64,000 nucleotides of DNA from a virus (taxonomy: Duplodnaviria > Caudoviricetes): positions 101,062 to 165,061 of the IMG/VR virus record IMGVR_UViG_3300028048_000055; one strand, 5' to 3'. Positions within the stretch are counted from its first letter, which is position 1. Every line of letters begins with the position of its first letter. Position numbers and translations under genes: made by a program. A model generated the notes under the pieces. The model was not told the origin of the DNA. It worked only from the letters and a program-made list of their open reading frames with translations, and searched no databases. Positions 28,472 through 38,796 of the stretch are shown piece after piece.

Positions 28472-29899
28472 ATGAACGAACAAAAACTATTTGAAATGGC
28501 TAAAGCTGCTCAAGAACGTATGCTTGACAGACTTCCGACAAATAAGAAATATGTATTCTTGCTTGGTCGATTCTTTGAACTTAAAGGTGATCATAATACA
28601 AAGAATGCATTGAAAAAGTATCTTGGTGATAGATTAACTGAAGAAGAATTCAACTGGGATAATATTGTATCTGTCGTTGCCGGTGGCGATGAAACTGATA
28701 TTACAGCTATTAATCATGGCGCTCATACAGATAAAATGGCTGAATTGTTCCATGCGAAGTTCGATACACTTTATAATAACATGAAGAATTCCTTGGCTCG
28801 TTCTAAGGATGATATCGATACTAACTATGTCGATAAGGTTCTTGATTTCTATTCTAAGGTCTATAACCACGATGATACTCCTGAAAATCTCTTTAATCAG
28901 CTTAATATGCAGCCTGTCATTGACTGGATTAAGGCTAATGAAGGTGAAGCTGCGGAACGTTTTGGACGTCGTTGGCCTAAGATTCAGAGACTCCTTGCTC
29001 AATGGCTTGATGATAACTATGAAGGTTCTATCAACCAGACTATTGCAGCATTCTGGGATTGGTGGCGCACAGTTCCTCGTGAAGACCGTGAAACTGCTAA
29101 ACCTCCTGTAGAATTAGCTCAGAAGCTTGCTAAGATTTTCTGCCGTGAAGATTCTCGAGAAATCCTTGGTAACTATCATAACTTTGTATTGAAGAAGACT
29201 CTCTTGACCTTGACTTCTGATGGTAATGTAGTTCCTAATGGTCTTAAGGCTGCTCTTGGTAATGCAGTTCGTAACGGTGCTGAATTTGGTCGTATGACTG
29301 ATTTCTGTGAAAACTTGGTTAATACTTGGTTTAATACCTTAAATCCAACTGAAGACCAGATTGAAGAAATGCGTAACCGTCCAGATGACGATAACGGCGA
29401 AATTAATATTAATAACTATGCTGATCGTATTGCAGAAGAAATACCTAATGATGCGGCAGACATGATTCTTGCAGCTGTTAATTATGAAGATAATAATCAT
29501 TTGCAAACTCTTCAAGATGCACTTAAAGAATTTGCTGATAATGATATGGTTGACATTAATATGGTTGGTCATGTCGATAAAAATATTGTAAGAGAAGCTT
29601 TTGCATATTATCGTCAACTTGGTAGAACAAAGAGAGTAGGCCGTACTTCAGTATTTAGTGAAGAAACATTAAACTCTATTCAAACATTCTATAATGAATT
29701 CAAGAACTTATTTAAGATTGGTTTAAAACTTCCTGCTATTAAATCTCTCTTAGCTGGTTATGCCGATGTTAGACTTGATGCAATAAATAGACATGATAAT
29801 GATTACTGGAATAATAGACAATTTGAAGACGTTCCTGAAGAATATGAACTTGAAGAAGCTCTCAGAGTTCTTCACAAGCACGGTTTGATGATTGCTTAA
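28472..29899 (+). CDS. late hypothetical protein (putative internal head protein)
   Basis: TATAAATA 28438-28445; SD GAGG; C-terminal LEEALRVLHKHGL motif. Confidence 0.65.
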   Translation: MNEQKLFEMAKAAQERMLDRLPTNKKYVFLLGRFFELKGDHNTKNALKKYLGDRLTEEEFNWDNIVSVVAGGDETDITAINHGAHTDKMAELFHAKFDTLYNNMKNSLARSKDDIDTNYVDKVLDFYSKVYNHDDTPENLFNQLNMQPVIDWIKANEGEAAERFGRRWPKIQRLLAQWLDDNYEGSINQTIAAFWDWWRTVPREDRETAKPPVELAQKLAKIFCREDSREILGNYHNFVLKKTLLTLTSDGNVVPNGLKAALGNAVRNGAEFGRMTDFCENLVNTWFNTLNPTEDQIEEMRNRPDDDNGEININNYADRIAEEIPNDAADMILAAVNYEDNNHLQTLQDALKEFADNDMVDINMVGHVDKNIVREAFAYYRQLGRTKRVGRTSVFSEETLNSIQTFYNEFKNLFKIGLKLPAIKSLLAGYADVRLDAINRHDNDYWNNRQFEDVPEEYELEEALRVLHKHGLMIA

Positions 29900-29904
29900 T
29901 AAAA

Positions 29905-29975
29905 TAAAAGAGGATTTTTAAAATCCTCTTTTTAATTATATAAAAAATAAAGGCGATTTTGAATCGCCTTATTTT
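29905..29975. terminator. two tandem hairpin terminators between convergent genes
   Basis: aaaagaggattt/aaatcctctttt and aaggcgatt/aatcgcctt. Confidence 0.7.
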
Positions 29976-29977
29976 TA

Positions 29978-31717
29978 TTAGATTTCTTCCCAGATTTCTA
30001 TGAAGCTACCACCTTCATTCGGTCTACGTTCATTGAAATCACCTGGCTTATAGTCATATACTATCGGATTATCCGGATCCTCAGGTTCATTCAACTTCTT
30101 CAAAGCTTCTTCCTGAGTAGGAGCTGTAACAACAACGTTATCAGTTATATTAGCTTGAACGTTACCATCTTCTCCTACTGGGTGATAGTATACTCTCCAT
30201 TGCTTTGCTCTAGGCATACGATGAATAGGTCCGTTAACTCTACGTGGCTCTCTATTTCTTACAGCCGGCTGAGCAGGAGCTTCTTCAGGTTCTTCATCTG
30301 CAGCAGGTTCATTAGCCGGAGCTTCTTCACGAGCTTGTTCTTCACCAGCGGCAGGAACATCAGCAAACAATTCCTGATACTGTGCCGGAAGCGGCCCAGG
30401 TTTTGTATTATCCATTAAACCATGATTTTGTTTAACTGGAACTTCTATTTCTGCTGGTGCTTGTGGATTAACATCAACAAATGTAAAGACATTTTCAAAC
30501 TTAGATTCAATCTGATTTGCTACCCATCTGGAAAGTTCGTCATTTAAATTGTTCGGATCGCAAATAAAAGTAATTTCAATATTGGCATTACCATTATCTT
30601 CAATAAATACTGGTTTAGATAACTTATTACCGGCAGCATCATATTCATCAATTTCATTAACTAATGAATCAAATGCATTTTTGATATCTTCAGTTTCTGC
30701 ACCGCCTTCAGTATCAATAATAACTTGAATTGTTCTTGTATTAATCTGAACATTTACTTCAGCAGGTGCCTGATGTGCAGGAGCTTCTTGTCTAGGAGCC
30801 GGTGCTTCTTCAGCAGGTTCTTCATGTCTTGGTGCGGCAGGAGCTGCATGAGCTGCAGGAGCATTACCAACACGGCCTCCATGTCTATTCGGGTTATCAC
30901 CACCTCTACCAGTTGGCTGCGGAGGAACTGCACCATCAATTTCACCAGTTTCAGGATCGACTTCAACTGCATCCCAACCATTTTCAGTGCGTCTAGCATT
31001 AAGGGTATTAATAATTCCCATAAGTTTTTGCTTACCGCGAGCAGGTGCATCAGGTATAAATGATGCAAAGCCATAAATAAACTTATCAATCTTGTCTTGT
31101 GTACGTAAAGCATTATTTGTTTTTGCGGAAGCATAACAGTTTTGGAATGCTTTAAGTCTTGCTAATGCTGCAGCATCCATTCCACGGAATTCATTTGCTT
31201 CATTAAGCATATAACCATGTCTACCGAGAACTTCTACCGCTTCTCTGATATCTTCATCAGCCGGGAATGAACCATCTTCTATATCATCATATACATCAGT
31301 TTCATCTTCTGCCGGAATACGGTCATATTCATCTGGATCTTCCATTCCATTAAGCTTACCTAGCTCATCATCTTCTGGGAAATCAGAATAATCTTCATTA
31401 TCCTCAGTTTCTTCATCATCACCGATGAAATCATTTTCATTATCGATGGTTTGAGATTCTTCGTAAATATCGTCTATAAGCTGTTCTACGGCTTGAGTCG
31501 GTGTAAAACCATCATTATAATATGAATCGATTATTTGTGCATACCATTCATCTTGTAGCATTTCATCTATAGACTGATAGTTCTCATCATCAGAATACTT
31601 TTCAGCCCACAAATCACTAAGTTTGGCAATAAAGTCATCATAAGAACCTATTGCTTGTTCTCTAAGCGCATACAATCCATGCTGCTTTATTATTGATTTA
31701 GCTTCATTAAGTGTCAT
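29978..31717 (-). CDS. acidic Pro/Ala/Glu-rich late protein (putative internal head protein)
   Basis: TATAAATA at 31741-31748 (-); two EAxxxLxxHG motifs. Confidence 0.7.
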   Translation of the reverse strand: MTLNEAKSIIKQHGLYALREQAIGSYDDFIAKLSDLWAEKYSDDENYQSIDEMLQDEWYAQIIDSYYNDGFTPTQAVEQLIDDIYEESQTIDNENDFIGDDEETEDNEDYSDFPEDDELGKLNGMEDPDEYDRIPAEDETDVYDDIEDGSFPADEDIREAVEVLGRHGYMLNEANEFRGMDAAALARLKAFQNCYASAKTNNALRTQDKIDKFIYGFASFIPDAPARGKQKLMGIINTLNARRTENGWDAVEVDPETGEIDGAVPPQPTGRGGDNPNRHGGRVGNAPAAHAAPAAPRHEEPAEEAPAPRQEAPAHQAPAEVNVQINTRTIQVIIDTEGGAETEDIKNAFDSLVNEIDEYDAAGNKLSKPVFIEDNGNANIEITFICDPNNLNDELSRWVANQIESKFENVFTFVDVNPQAPAEIEVPVKQNHGLMDNTKPGPLPAQYQELFADVPAAGEEQAREEAPANEPAADEEPEEAPAQPAVRNREPRRVNGPIHRMPRAKQWRVYYHPVGEDGNVQANITDNVVVTAPTQEEALKKLNEPEDPDNPIVYDYKPGDFNERRPNEGGSFIEIWEEI

Positions 31718-31760
31718 AAATCCTCGAAATTACTTTATATTATTTATAAGCAAAGATAAG

Positions 31761-31790
31761 AAAAATACCTTGTATTACAAGGTATTTTAT
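31761..31790 (-). terminator. intrinsic terminator
   Basis: aaaataccttgta/tacaaggtatttt. Confidence 0.7.
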
Positions 31791-31807
31791 ATAATTCTGA
31801 ATTTCTT

Positions 31808-32473
31808 TTACTTTAATTTATTAACCAAATCTCTGATATTTCCACCGTTTCTAAGGTAGTCAGCAACATTGGTAATACCAGCACGACGAGCTACATCAGT
31901 TGTGCGTTTTGGCTGGCCTTGACGACGTTTTAAGGGGTCTCTTTCACCAATGGCAGCACGATTTACACCTGCAGACAAATCTCTAGCTCTAGCATTGCTA
32001 ACTTCATACTTATCGTAATTAGCTTTTAACCAAGTAATAAGCTGATCCAGACCACGAGTAAAAGTATCTTTTGTCGTATAGAATGTATCTGCATGAAGAA
32101 TAATAGTCTTCTTTGTTCCATCATCTAATGTCTTAATAAAGACTTTTGCATTACTATTATCACAAACAGACAATGTGCCATCATTATTAATCTTAATTTC
32201 AAACTGATATGCGCCTTTACCACCCTTACGAGTCAAATGAATCTTATTTGCACTTCTAGAACCGGTAGGAGATGCTATATAAATGTCACCCATATCAGTT
32301 CTAATTCTATTACAAATCCAGTTTGTCATTGTCTGGTTATATGCTTCATCAGCCTTTTCATTAATAATAAAATCAATAAGACTATGTTTTTTAATTTTTT
32401 TATATCTTTGGCATTCTTTTTCACCCTGAAGGTCAAAATCTTCATTCATTAAAAATAAATCGTAGTCTGTCAT
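31808..32473 (-). CDS. hypothetical late protein
   Basis: Start revised to MTDYDLF (SD GAGGA); CATAAATA variant upstream. Confidence 0.6.
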   Translation of the reverse strand: MTDYDLFLMNEDFDLQGEKECQRYKKIKKHSLIDFIINEKADEAYNQTMTNWICNRIRTDMGDIYIASPTGSRSANKIHLTRKGGKGAYQFEIKINNDGTLSVCDNSNAKVFIKTLDDGTKKTIILHADTFYTTKDTFTRGLDQLITWLKANYDKYEVSNARARDLSAGVNRAAIGERDPLKRRQGQPKRTTDVARRAGITNVADYLRNGGNIRDLVNKLK

Positions 32474-32537
32474 AAAATCCTCATTTTTATATTTATGAAG
32501 TTTTAGAGTTATAAATAATACAAATATAGGAGTAATT

Positions 32538-34133
32538 ATGAATATTTTTGAACAAGCTGCTGCATTAATCATGGACGATTTTGTCAACGAATCTATGGCG
32601 TCTGACATGTATAAAAACAGCATAAAAAAGAAATTAGAACAGTTAAAAACTGCATGTGGTTATGAACCTAAACTTGATCCAGAAGTTTTGAACTCTGACA
32701 ATGAATTCCAATTAAAATCATATGCTAACTTTTTAACTGATATTCAAAGCCTTTATAAAATATATGTTGAAGGCGGAAATAAGTTTAATGTTGCAAAAGT
32801 AAAGAAATTCTTGCTTGAAATCAATAATAGCAGAACAAAAAATGAACGCCCAGGTGAAGTTGCTTATTTTAATATGGCATTTGATTTATTGTCTACATCA
32901 AGAAAGACAGGTTCTGTAAGTATTATTGAAATCATTAAACCTACTGAAGATTTATTTGCATCTTTCTTTAAGCCAGAAGCTGCTGAAATTTGGGAATCTG
33001 CAGCAGAACAAGCAATAGAAAATCTTATTGCAGTAAAAGCTACTGGAACTAAAACATATAAAGAACGTCAAAGAAGGGATGTTGCACAGGCATTTAAGGA
33101 AAACTGTGAACGCCGTAATGCTGAATTAAAAGAGGCAACAAATGATACTTATCAGATTGTTAAAGGTAATGCTGGTTCTGCAAGACCTATGCTTATTGAT
33201 AAAAAGAAAAAGTTACAGCTTACTATTACTTCGGCAAAGCAACAGGGTGGTGATGAATATGGTAGCTTATATAAATATTCATTAGCTGATGTTTATGGCA
33301 ATGGTTCTATTGAAGAACTTGTCGAAGCAATTAAATATTTCTTTAAAGAAGAATATGGTTATTTCTATGATGATCCTACTGAATTAGATGATTCTGTTAG
33401 ATTTACCCACAAGGGTGATGCTATTGTCGCAGTAGCACCAGAATTATTTAATGAAAACGGTTATGTTGGTGGTCTTTCTGGAACCAAGCAAATTAGCAAT
33501 GATATTATATTACACTTTGTTAATTTAAGCGAAGGTAAGACTGAAAACGGCGGTCGTTATGGTCATTCTAAAGTTGAGAATGATGAAGGTGAAAATCCGT
33601 ATTATAATGAATATAACCCTGCTGATGGCGAATTGCTTATTGTTTCTGAAGATGATAAGATGAATAAATCATATTTGGATGAAAATGCCAAGCATGTCGT
33701 ATTTGAAATCGATGCTGCTGGAACATCTGAAAAAGAAAGTGCTTCTAACTATAATTTCTTGGGTGTATTTAGTAAAGTTACTGAACAAGAAAGAGAAAAT
33801 GGCGGTTATATGGTAAACTATGTTCTCGAATCTGATACTTTAGAAGTTTCTGGTCACTCTGCTGGTGAAGTTACAACCGAATCCAAGAAAGTTCGAAATG
33901 CATTAAAGCTTCTTAAGGAAAATGGTTATCTCGTTGAATTCCGTGACGCAAGTCAGGATTTAAATGACGATCCTTATGATGATTCTGAAGCATGGAATAA
34001 CGGTAATCCGACATACCAAGACTCTGAAGGTGTTGAAGACCGTAATGAGAAGCAAACAGTTTCTAGAAAAATGGACAATCTCATTAAGAAAATCGATGAA
34101 GTATGTAACAGATTTGAAGACTATGACTATTAA
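32538..34133 (+). CDS. late hypothetical protein (putative internal head protein)
   Basis: TATAAATA 32510-32517; SD AGGAG; VRNALKLLKENGYLVE motif. Confidence 0.7.
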   Translation: MNIFEQAAALIMDDFVNESMASDMYKNSIKKKLEQLKTACGYEPKLDPEVLNSDNEFQLKSYANFLTDIQSLYKIYVEGGNKFNVAKVKKFLLEINNSRTKNERPGEVAYFNMAFDLLSTSRKTGSVSIIEIIKPTEDLFASFFKPEAAEIWESAAEQAIENLIAVKATGTKTYKERQRRDVAQAFKENCERRNAELKEATNDTYQIVKGNAGSARPMLIDKKKKLQLTITSAKQQGGDEYGSLYKYSLADVYGNGSIEELVEAIKYFFKEEYGYFYDDPTELDDSVRFTHKGDAIVAVAPELFNENGYVGGLSGTKQISNDIILHFVNLSEGKTENGGRYGHSKVENDEGENPYYNEYNPADGELLIVSEDDKMNKSYLDENAKHVVFEIDAAGTSEKESASNYNFLGVFSKVTEQERENGGYMVNYVLESDTLEVSGHSAGEVTTESKKVRNALKLLKENGYLVEFRDASQDLNDDPYDDSEAWNNGNPTYQDSEGVEDRNEKQTVSRKMDNLIKKIDEVCNRFEDYDY

Positions 34134-34160
34134 TATAAAATTACTCCTATTATTTAAAGG

Positions 34161-34189
34161 TTGACGAAAGTCAACCTTTTTATTATATT
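34161..34189 (+). promoter_or_regulatory. early promoter TTGACG-N17-TATATT embedded in a terminator hairpin
   Basis: aaaggttgac-gaaa-gtcaacctttt. Confidence 0.7.
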
Positions 34190-34196
34190 TGTAATA

Positions 34197-35033
34197 ATGA
34201 TTTACGAAAATATGCAATGTGTTAAACCGCCAAGGTATGTTTTAATTACAGGCTTCATGGGGAGTGGTAAATCTACTGTTTCTGAACTTTTACGTGCAAA
34301 AACTTTTAAAGTTATCGATTCTGACAGTTTTGCAAAGAACCTTTATAAAACTGACGATACTTTAAAGAAGTTAGTTATCTCAAAGTTTGGAATTGAAGCT
34401 TCGTCTAATTATGAAGGTCCGGATAAACCGTTTGACCTTGATTTTGAATTTGCAAAGAAAGAATTTTTTAAAGCAGAAAATGATGAAAAACGTAGAGACC
34501 TAGAATCCTATATTTGTGGTTATCTTTCTGTCAATGTGCAATTTAATAGAGAACTTTGGGGCTATCCAGTCGTATTTATCGAAGCCGCATTAACTGAAGC
34601 GATTCCGACTTTAGTTGAATTACTTAAGATTAAGACTGTCATCGATGTATCTATTGATGACCATTTGAGAGCTAGTCGATTAGCTCAACGAGGAATTGAT
34701 ACAAAAACTCTTAATGAACGTATGCGTCTTCAAAAGTATGTCGATTTCGACGAAACTGTTACTGTATATCCGATTACAAATAATGGAACTATTGTTGATT
34801 TATGGCATCAAGTAGATGATATGCTTAAAAATGGTTTCATGAATTCGCAGGAAAAGTATCAACATTTTAAGACATATCTTGATAATGCACCTGAATATTG
34901 TAGAACTAACACTTGGTGTTATTTGTATTATAATAACAAGGGTTGTTCGAATTGTCCATTCCCTTGTGACAATAGAAATACAGAATTTGATGAAATGAAA
35001 GAAAAATATTTAAATAGGAAATATAATGGCTAG
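34197..35033 (+). CDS. coaE: dephospho-CoA kinase-like P-loop kinase with C-terminal Cys cluster
   Basis: ITGFMGSGKSTVS, VIDSD, RLAQRG, RMRLQ, ITNNG; start revised. Confidence 0.75.
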   Translation: MIYENMQCVKPPRYVLITGFMGSGKSTVSELLRAKTFKVIDSDSFAKNLYKTDDTLKKLVISKFGIEASSNYEGPDKPFDLDFEFAKKEFFKAENDEKRRDLESYICGYLSVNVQFNRELWGYPVVFIEAALTEAIPTLVELLKIKTVIDVSIDDHLRASRLAQRGIDTKTLNERMRLQKYVDFDETVTVYPITNNGTIVDLWHQVDDMLKNGFMNSQEKYQHFKTYLDNAPEYCRTNTWCYLYYNNKGCSNCPFPCDNRNTEFDEMKEKYLNRKYNG

Positions 35034-36375
35034 AAAAGAAACTACAAAAGATGGACTTATTAACGGTTATATGCATGCACTCGATTATGGTAAGACAGAG
35101 CGAAGAATGGTTGAACTTGCTGAAGCACAAGCACTTCAAGCAGGATTTGTAAAATATTCCGCTGATAAGCCGCTTAATCCTGGTGCAAAGTATTATTTTA
35201 TTAACCGTGGTAAAAACTTTGCAGCATTTGTTATCGGTAAAGAAAATCGTTCTGCACAATTACTTGGTGCACATATTGACTCACCGAGAATTGACGTAAA
35301 GCAACAGCCTCTTTATGAAAAGGATAAGGTTGCTTATTTTGATACTCAGTATTATGGCGGAATTAAGAAGTATCAGTGGACGACTATTCCTCTTGCAATG
35401 TATGGCGTAGTTTATCGAGCAGATGGAACTTATTATAATATCGCTATTGGTGATAATCCGAATGATCCAATTTTCTGTATTACTGATTTGCTTCCACATC
35501 TCGGTCGTTCTGATATGTCTAAAAAGACAGCAGAAGAATATATCAAGGGTGAAAATCTTGACATTATTGTCGGAACTACTGCAATCGAATGTTCTGATGA
35601 AGAAAAGGAAAAGATTAAGGAACCTGTAAAGGCGTTTATCCTTGATTATATTAAGGCAAAGTGGGGAATGGAAGAAGAAGATTTCTGTTCTGCCGAAATT
35701 GAAATTGTTCCGGCTGGTCAGGCAAGATATTGTGGTCTTGACCGTTCTTTGATTGCTGGCTATGGTCAGGATGATAGAGTTTGTGCTTATACTTCTCTTC
35801 GTGCGGTTCTTGACCTTCAGGATATTCCTGAACACACTGCGGGTGTAGTTCTCGTTGATAAGGAAGAAATTGGTTCTTGTTGTGCTACCGGTGCAAAGTC
35901 TCGTTGGTTTGAAGATGTTCTTCGTGCTATTCTCAACTTTGATCGTTGTAATGAACTTCAATTTGCAACTTGCCTCTATAATACACGCATGTTGTCTTCT
36001 GATGTAACTGCAGCATTTGATCCGCTTTATGCAGATGCATATGACAAGAAGTCTTCTGCTAAGCTTGGTAAGGGTATTATGTTCTCCAAGTATAATGGTG
36101 GTCGTGGTAAGTCTGGCGGTGCTGATGCAAATCCGGAATTTATCGCATATGTTCGTGGTATCATGAAGGAAAATAACTGTAACTATCAGTTTGACTCTAT
36201 GGGTAAGGTTGATGTCGGCGGTGGCGGAACAATTGCTTCTATGATTTGTAGCTTAAACATTAATGTGCTTGATGCTGGTGTTCCTATCCTTAACATGCAT
36301 TCTCCGATGGAACTTGCTCATGTTGATGATATCTATTCTGCATATAAGGCATATTCTGCATTTATCAGGGCATAA
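35026..36375 (+). CDS. M18 family aminopeptidase
   Basis: AHIDSPR, YYGGIKKYQW, GQDDRVC, DKEEIGS, SSDV, MHSPME. Confidence 0.9.
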   Translation: MARKETTKDGLINGYMHALDYGKTERRMVELAEAQALQAGFVKYSADKPLNPGAKYYFINRGKNFAAFVIGKENRSAQLLGAHIDSPRIDVKQQPLYEKDKVAYFDTQYYGGIKKYQWTTIPLAMYGVVYRADGTYYNIAIGDNPNDPIFCITDLLPHLGRSDMSKKTAEEYIKGENLDIIVGTTAIECSDEEKEKIKEPVKAFILDYIKAKWGMEEEDFCSAEIEIVPAGQARYCGLDRSLIAGYGQDDRVCAYTSLRAVLDLQDIPEHTAGVVLVDKEEIGSCCATGAKSRWFEDVLRAILNFDRCNELQFATCLYNTRMLSSDVTAAFDPLYADAYDKKSSAKLGKGIMFSKYNGGRGKSGGADANPEFIAYVRGIMKENNCNYQFDSMGKVDVGGGGTIASMICSLNINVLDAGVPILNMHSPMELAHVDDIYSAYKAYSAFIRA

Positions 36376-36377
36376 AA

Positions 36378-36737
36378 ATGATTTCAGATTATTTTAATAA
36401 TGCAACAACCAAAGGTGTAAAGCCTAAAGAAGACAAGGCGATTGAAATTATCGCACAAAGAATCAAGGAAGTAAAAGATTATATTAGTAACTACCTTGAT
36501 AACTTTAGAGATGCACCTTGGGTAGTTGAAGGAAATCCGGAATATACGAGATTTTATGTAAACCATAATGTTTTCGAAAGAATGAAATCTGACTGGACGC
36601 AAAAAACTCGTATCAAGATTGAAGACTATGATTGGAAAGCTTTGCTTTATTACATGGCTAAGGAACTTGGTTATACATGTAATTATGCGAACGGAACAAT
36701 GGGAGTCTGTCTTGAACTTCCGCCTTGCATGAAGTAA
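36378..36737 (+). CDS. hypothetical protein
   Basis: Packed ORF. Confidence 0.55.
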   Translation: MISDYFNNATTKGVKPKEDKAIEIIAQRIKEVKDYISNYLDNFRDAPWVVEGNPEYTRFYVNHNVFERMKSDWTQKTRIKIEDYDWKALLYYMAKELGYTCNYANGTMGVCLELPPCMK

Positions 36738-36759
36738 ATTTTAATTTACATTTGATAAA

Positions 36760-36800
36760 GACCGAAACATATTGACAAGTGTTTCGGTTTTTTCTATATT
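36760..36800 (+). promoter_or_regulatory. terminator hairpin fused to promoter TTGACA-N17-TATATT
   Basis: gaccgaaaca/tgtttcggtt stem; -35 (36772-36777) lies in the loop. Confidence 0.7.
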
Positions 36801-36806
36801 ATAAAT

Positions 36807-37799
36807 ATGACTATTGAAGAATTTAAATTAGAACAAGAAAATCTTATTAAGAAACCTTCACTTGCTGTTTATCAAAATGGTAATCACTATGTAGCGATTT
36901 TTGATGACGGTACAAAGATTAAGGAAACTATCGATCCTACTGCTGACCATTTTACTTATGAATTCGCAGAAAATAGCGATATTAAGATTACAGACTATTG
37001 CGATGGTGGTTGTATTTATTGTCATGAAAATTCTACTGTTAAGGGAATTCATGGTGACTTGAAGAAAATTGAACCCATGCTTGATACTCTTCATGCCGGA
37101 ACTGAAATGGCTGTCGGTGGTGGAAATGCTCTTGCTCATCCTGACCTTATCTGGTTCCTCGAGAAGCTGAAGTCTAAAGGAGTTCTTGCTAATATTACTA
37201 TTAACCAACGACACTTGAAGCCATATAAGGATTTGATTTGTAAACTTGTTGCTGAACATCTAGTTTATGGTATCGGTATTTCGCTGACGAATTCAAGTGA
37301 TGAAGATGACTTTAAGTTTATCGATACTTTAGGCGATAATGTTGTTATTCATACTATCGCTGGTATCTTGACTGAAAAGGATATTCAATGTCTGAAGCAC
37401 AGAAAAGTTTTGATTCTCGGTTATAAGGACCTTCGTCGTGGACATGCTCTTCTTGAAAAACAGTCTGATGAAATCAAGAAGAATATCGAATGGCTTAAGG
37501 AATTCCTTCCGATTATGAGACATCTTTGCAAGGTTATTTCTTTTGACTGCCTCGGTATTGAACAGCTTGATCCTAAGACTATTTTCCATATGTCTGATGA
37601 AACGTATAATAGTCTGTTTCAAGGTGCTGATACTGATGTAATGGATGCTGACGGAAATATTACCTGTTCTACATTCTATATCGATGTTCCGACTATGACA
37701 GTTGCTAGAATGAGTACTGCTGCACTTGACCAAAGATTCAAGTTTGAAGGAACTGAAGATGTCAAGGACTTGTTTAAAACTTCAACAAAGGGTTGGTAA
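36807..37799 (+). CDS. radical SAM enzyme
   Basis: DIKITDYCDGGCIYCHENS (CxxxCxxC), AVGGGN, NITIN. Confidence 0.9.
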   Translation: MTIEEFKLEQENLIKKPSLAVYQNGNHYVAIFDDGTKIKETIDPTADHFTYEFAENSDIKITDYCDGGCIYCHENSTVKGIHGDLKKIEPMLDTLHAGTEMAVGGGNALAHPDLIWFLEKLKSKGVLANITINQRHLKPYKDLICKLVAEHLVYGIGISLTNSSDEDDFKFIDTLGDNVVIHTIAGILTEKDIQCLKHRKVLILGYKDLRRGHALLEKQSDEIKKNIEWLKEFLPIMRHLCKVISFDCLGIEQLDPKTIFHMSDETYNSLFQGADTDVMDADGNITCSTFYIDVPTMTVARMSTAALDQRFKFEGTEDVKDLFKTSTKGW

Positions 37800-37801
37800 T
37801 A

Positions 37802-38017
37802 ATGATTACTGCAATTTTTAATATCTTCGCTGGATCTGTTTCCGCTGGTGTTCTTATTATCAGCTTACTGTTTCTTGCATGTACGATTCAGCTTAATGAT
37901 ATGATTTCACTTCCGATGGGTTATATCGTTGCAATCGATGCACCGTTTATTATCTTGAGTGGACTCTGTTTGTTTATCAATATTAAAGAAGCTATCACTG
38001 CAATTAAAAGAGGATAA
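37802..38017 (+). CDS. small membrane protein (2 TM)
   Basis: Two hydrophobic segments. Confidence 0.55.
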   Translation: MITAIFNIFAGSVSAGVLIISLLFLACTIQLNDMISLPMGYIVAIDAPFIILSGLCLFINIKEAITAIKRG

Positions 38018-38018
38018 A

Positions 38019-38795
38019 ATGAAGACTATTCGTCTTGGTACTTTTGAAACAAATTCATCGTCAATGCATGCTTTTGTTATTCCAAGAAATTATTGCATTG
38101 ACCATAAAAAGAATTATAAGATTGATTTCAGATTCGATAAGGATTTTACCGATCGAACGCTGGTTCCTCATACTTCCATCGAAGATAAGGCTTCTTATAT
38201 GTTTCAATTAATTTGTCAGCATTTTAACAATCATTTCGACTCTTTATATTACTATGATGAAAATCGAAATGAGATTGAATATACTGGCGAAGAACGAACA
38301 AAACGAGTAGATCATAATGAAAGAGTTATTGAACTGTTTAAACTGTTCCAAAAGGCTCTTATCGTTTTTGCAAAGCGTAATTACAATATCGATGTGACTT
38401 TCTCTAGCTATGAAATTTCAAGAGAATATGTTAATTATAGAGATGAGGTTCGTCATGTTTATAGTATTAACCAAGGCGATCCAAAAATTTATACTGGCCT
38501 TGGCTGTTATGGTCATGCTGGTGTAAATGGTGTTATTCTTTCCAGTATATTTGAAGCGATTGATAAAGCGCTTGAAACTAATGACTTTAGATACTTTGAA
38601 CTTATTGTAGAAAAGGAACAATGGTTTAGCGGCGCTTGTAATCTCTTTGAATTCATTGTAAATCCTGATGCAATCATTATTCAATGCACTGATGAATGCT
38701 CTAAAACAATGAAAAATAATATGCTTAAACTGGTTAAGGAATACATGAAGAAAAGTAATTATATGTGTAATGTAGTTTGGCCAATTGGCGGGTAA
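38019..38795 (+). CDS. FETNSSS-leader protein 4
   Basis: MKTIRLGTFETNSSSMH; SD GAGGA; start revised. Confidence 0.75.
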   Translation: MKTIRLGTFETNSSSMHAFVIPRNYCIDHKKNYKIDFRFDKDFTDRTLVPHTSIEDKASYMFQLICQHFNNHFDSLYYYDENRNEIEYTGEERTKRVDHNERVIELFKLFQKALIVFAKRNYNIDVTFSSYEISREYVNYRDEVRHVYSINQGDPKIYTGLGCYGHAGVNGVILSSIFEAIDKALETNDFRYFELIVEKEQWFSGACNLFEFIVNPDAIIIQCTDECSKTMKNNMLKLVKEYMKKSNYMCNVVWPIGG

Positions 38796-38796
38796 T

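Noticed and set aside
35281-35961. 226-aa minus-strand ORF (likewise 46636..47418, 26272..26820, 52155..52670)
   Set aside because: Antisense to conserved enzyme genes; explained by codon bias.
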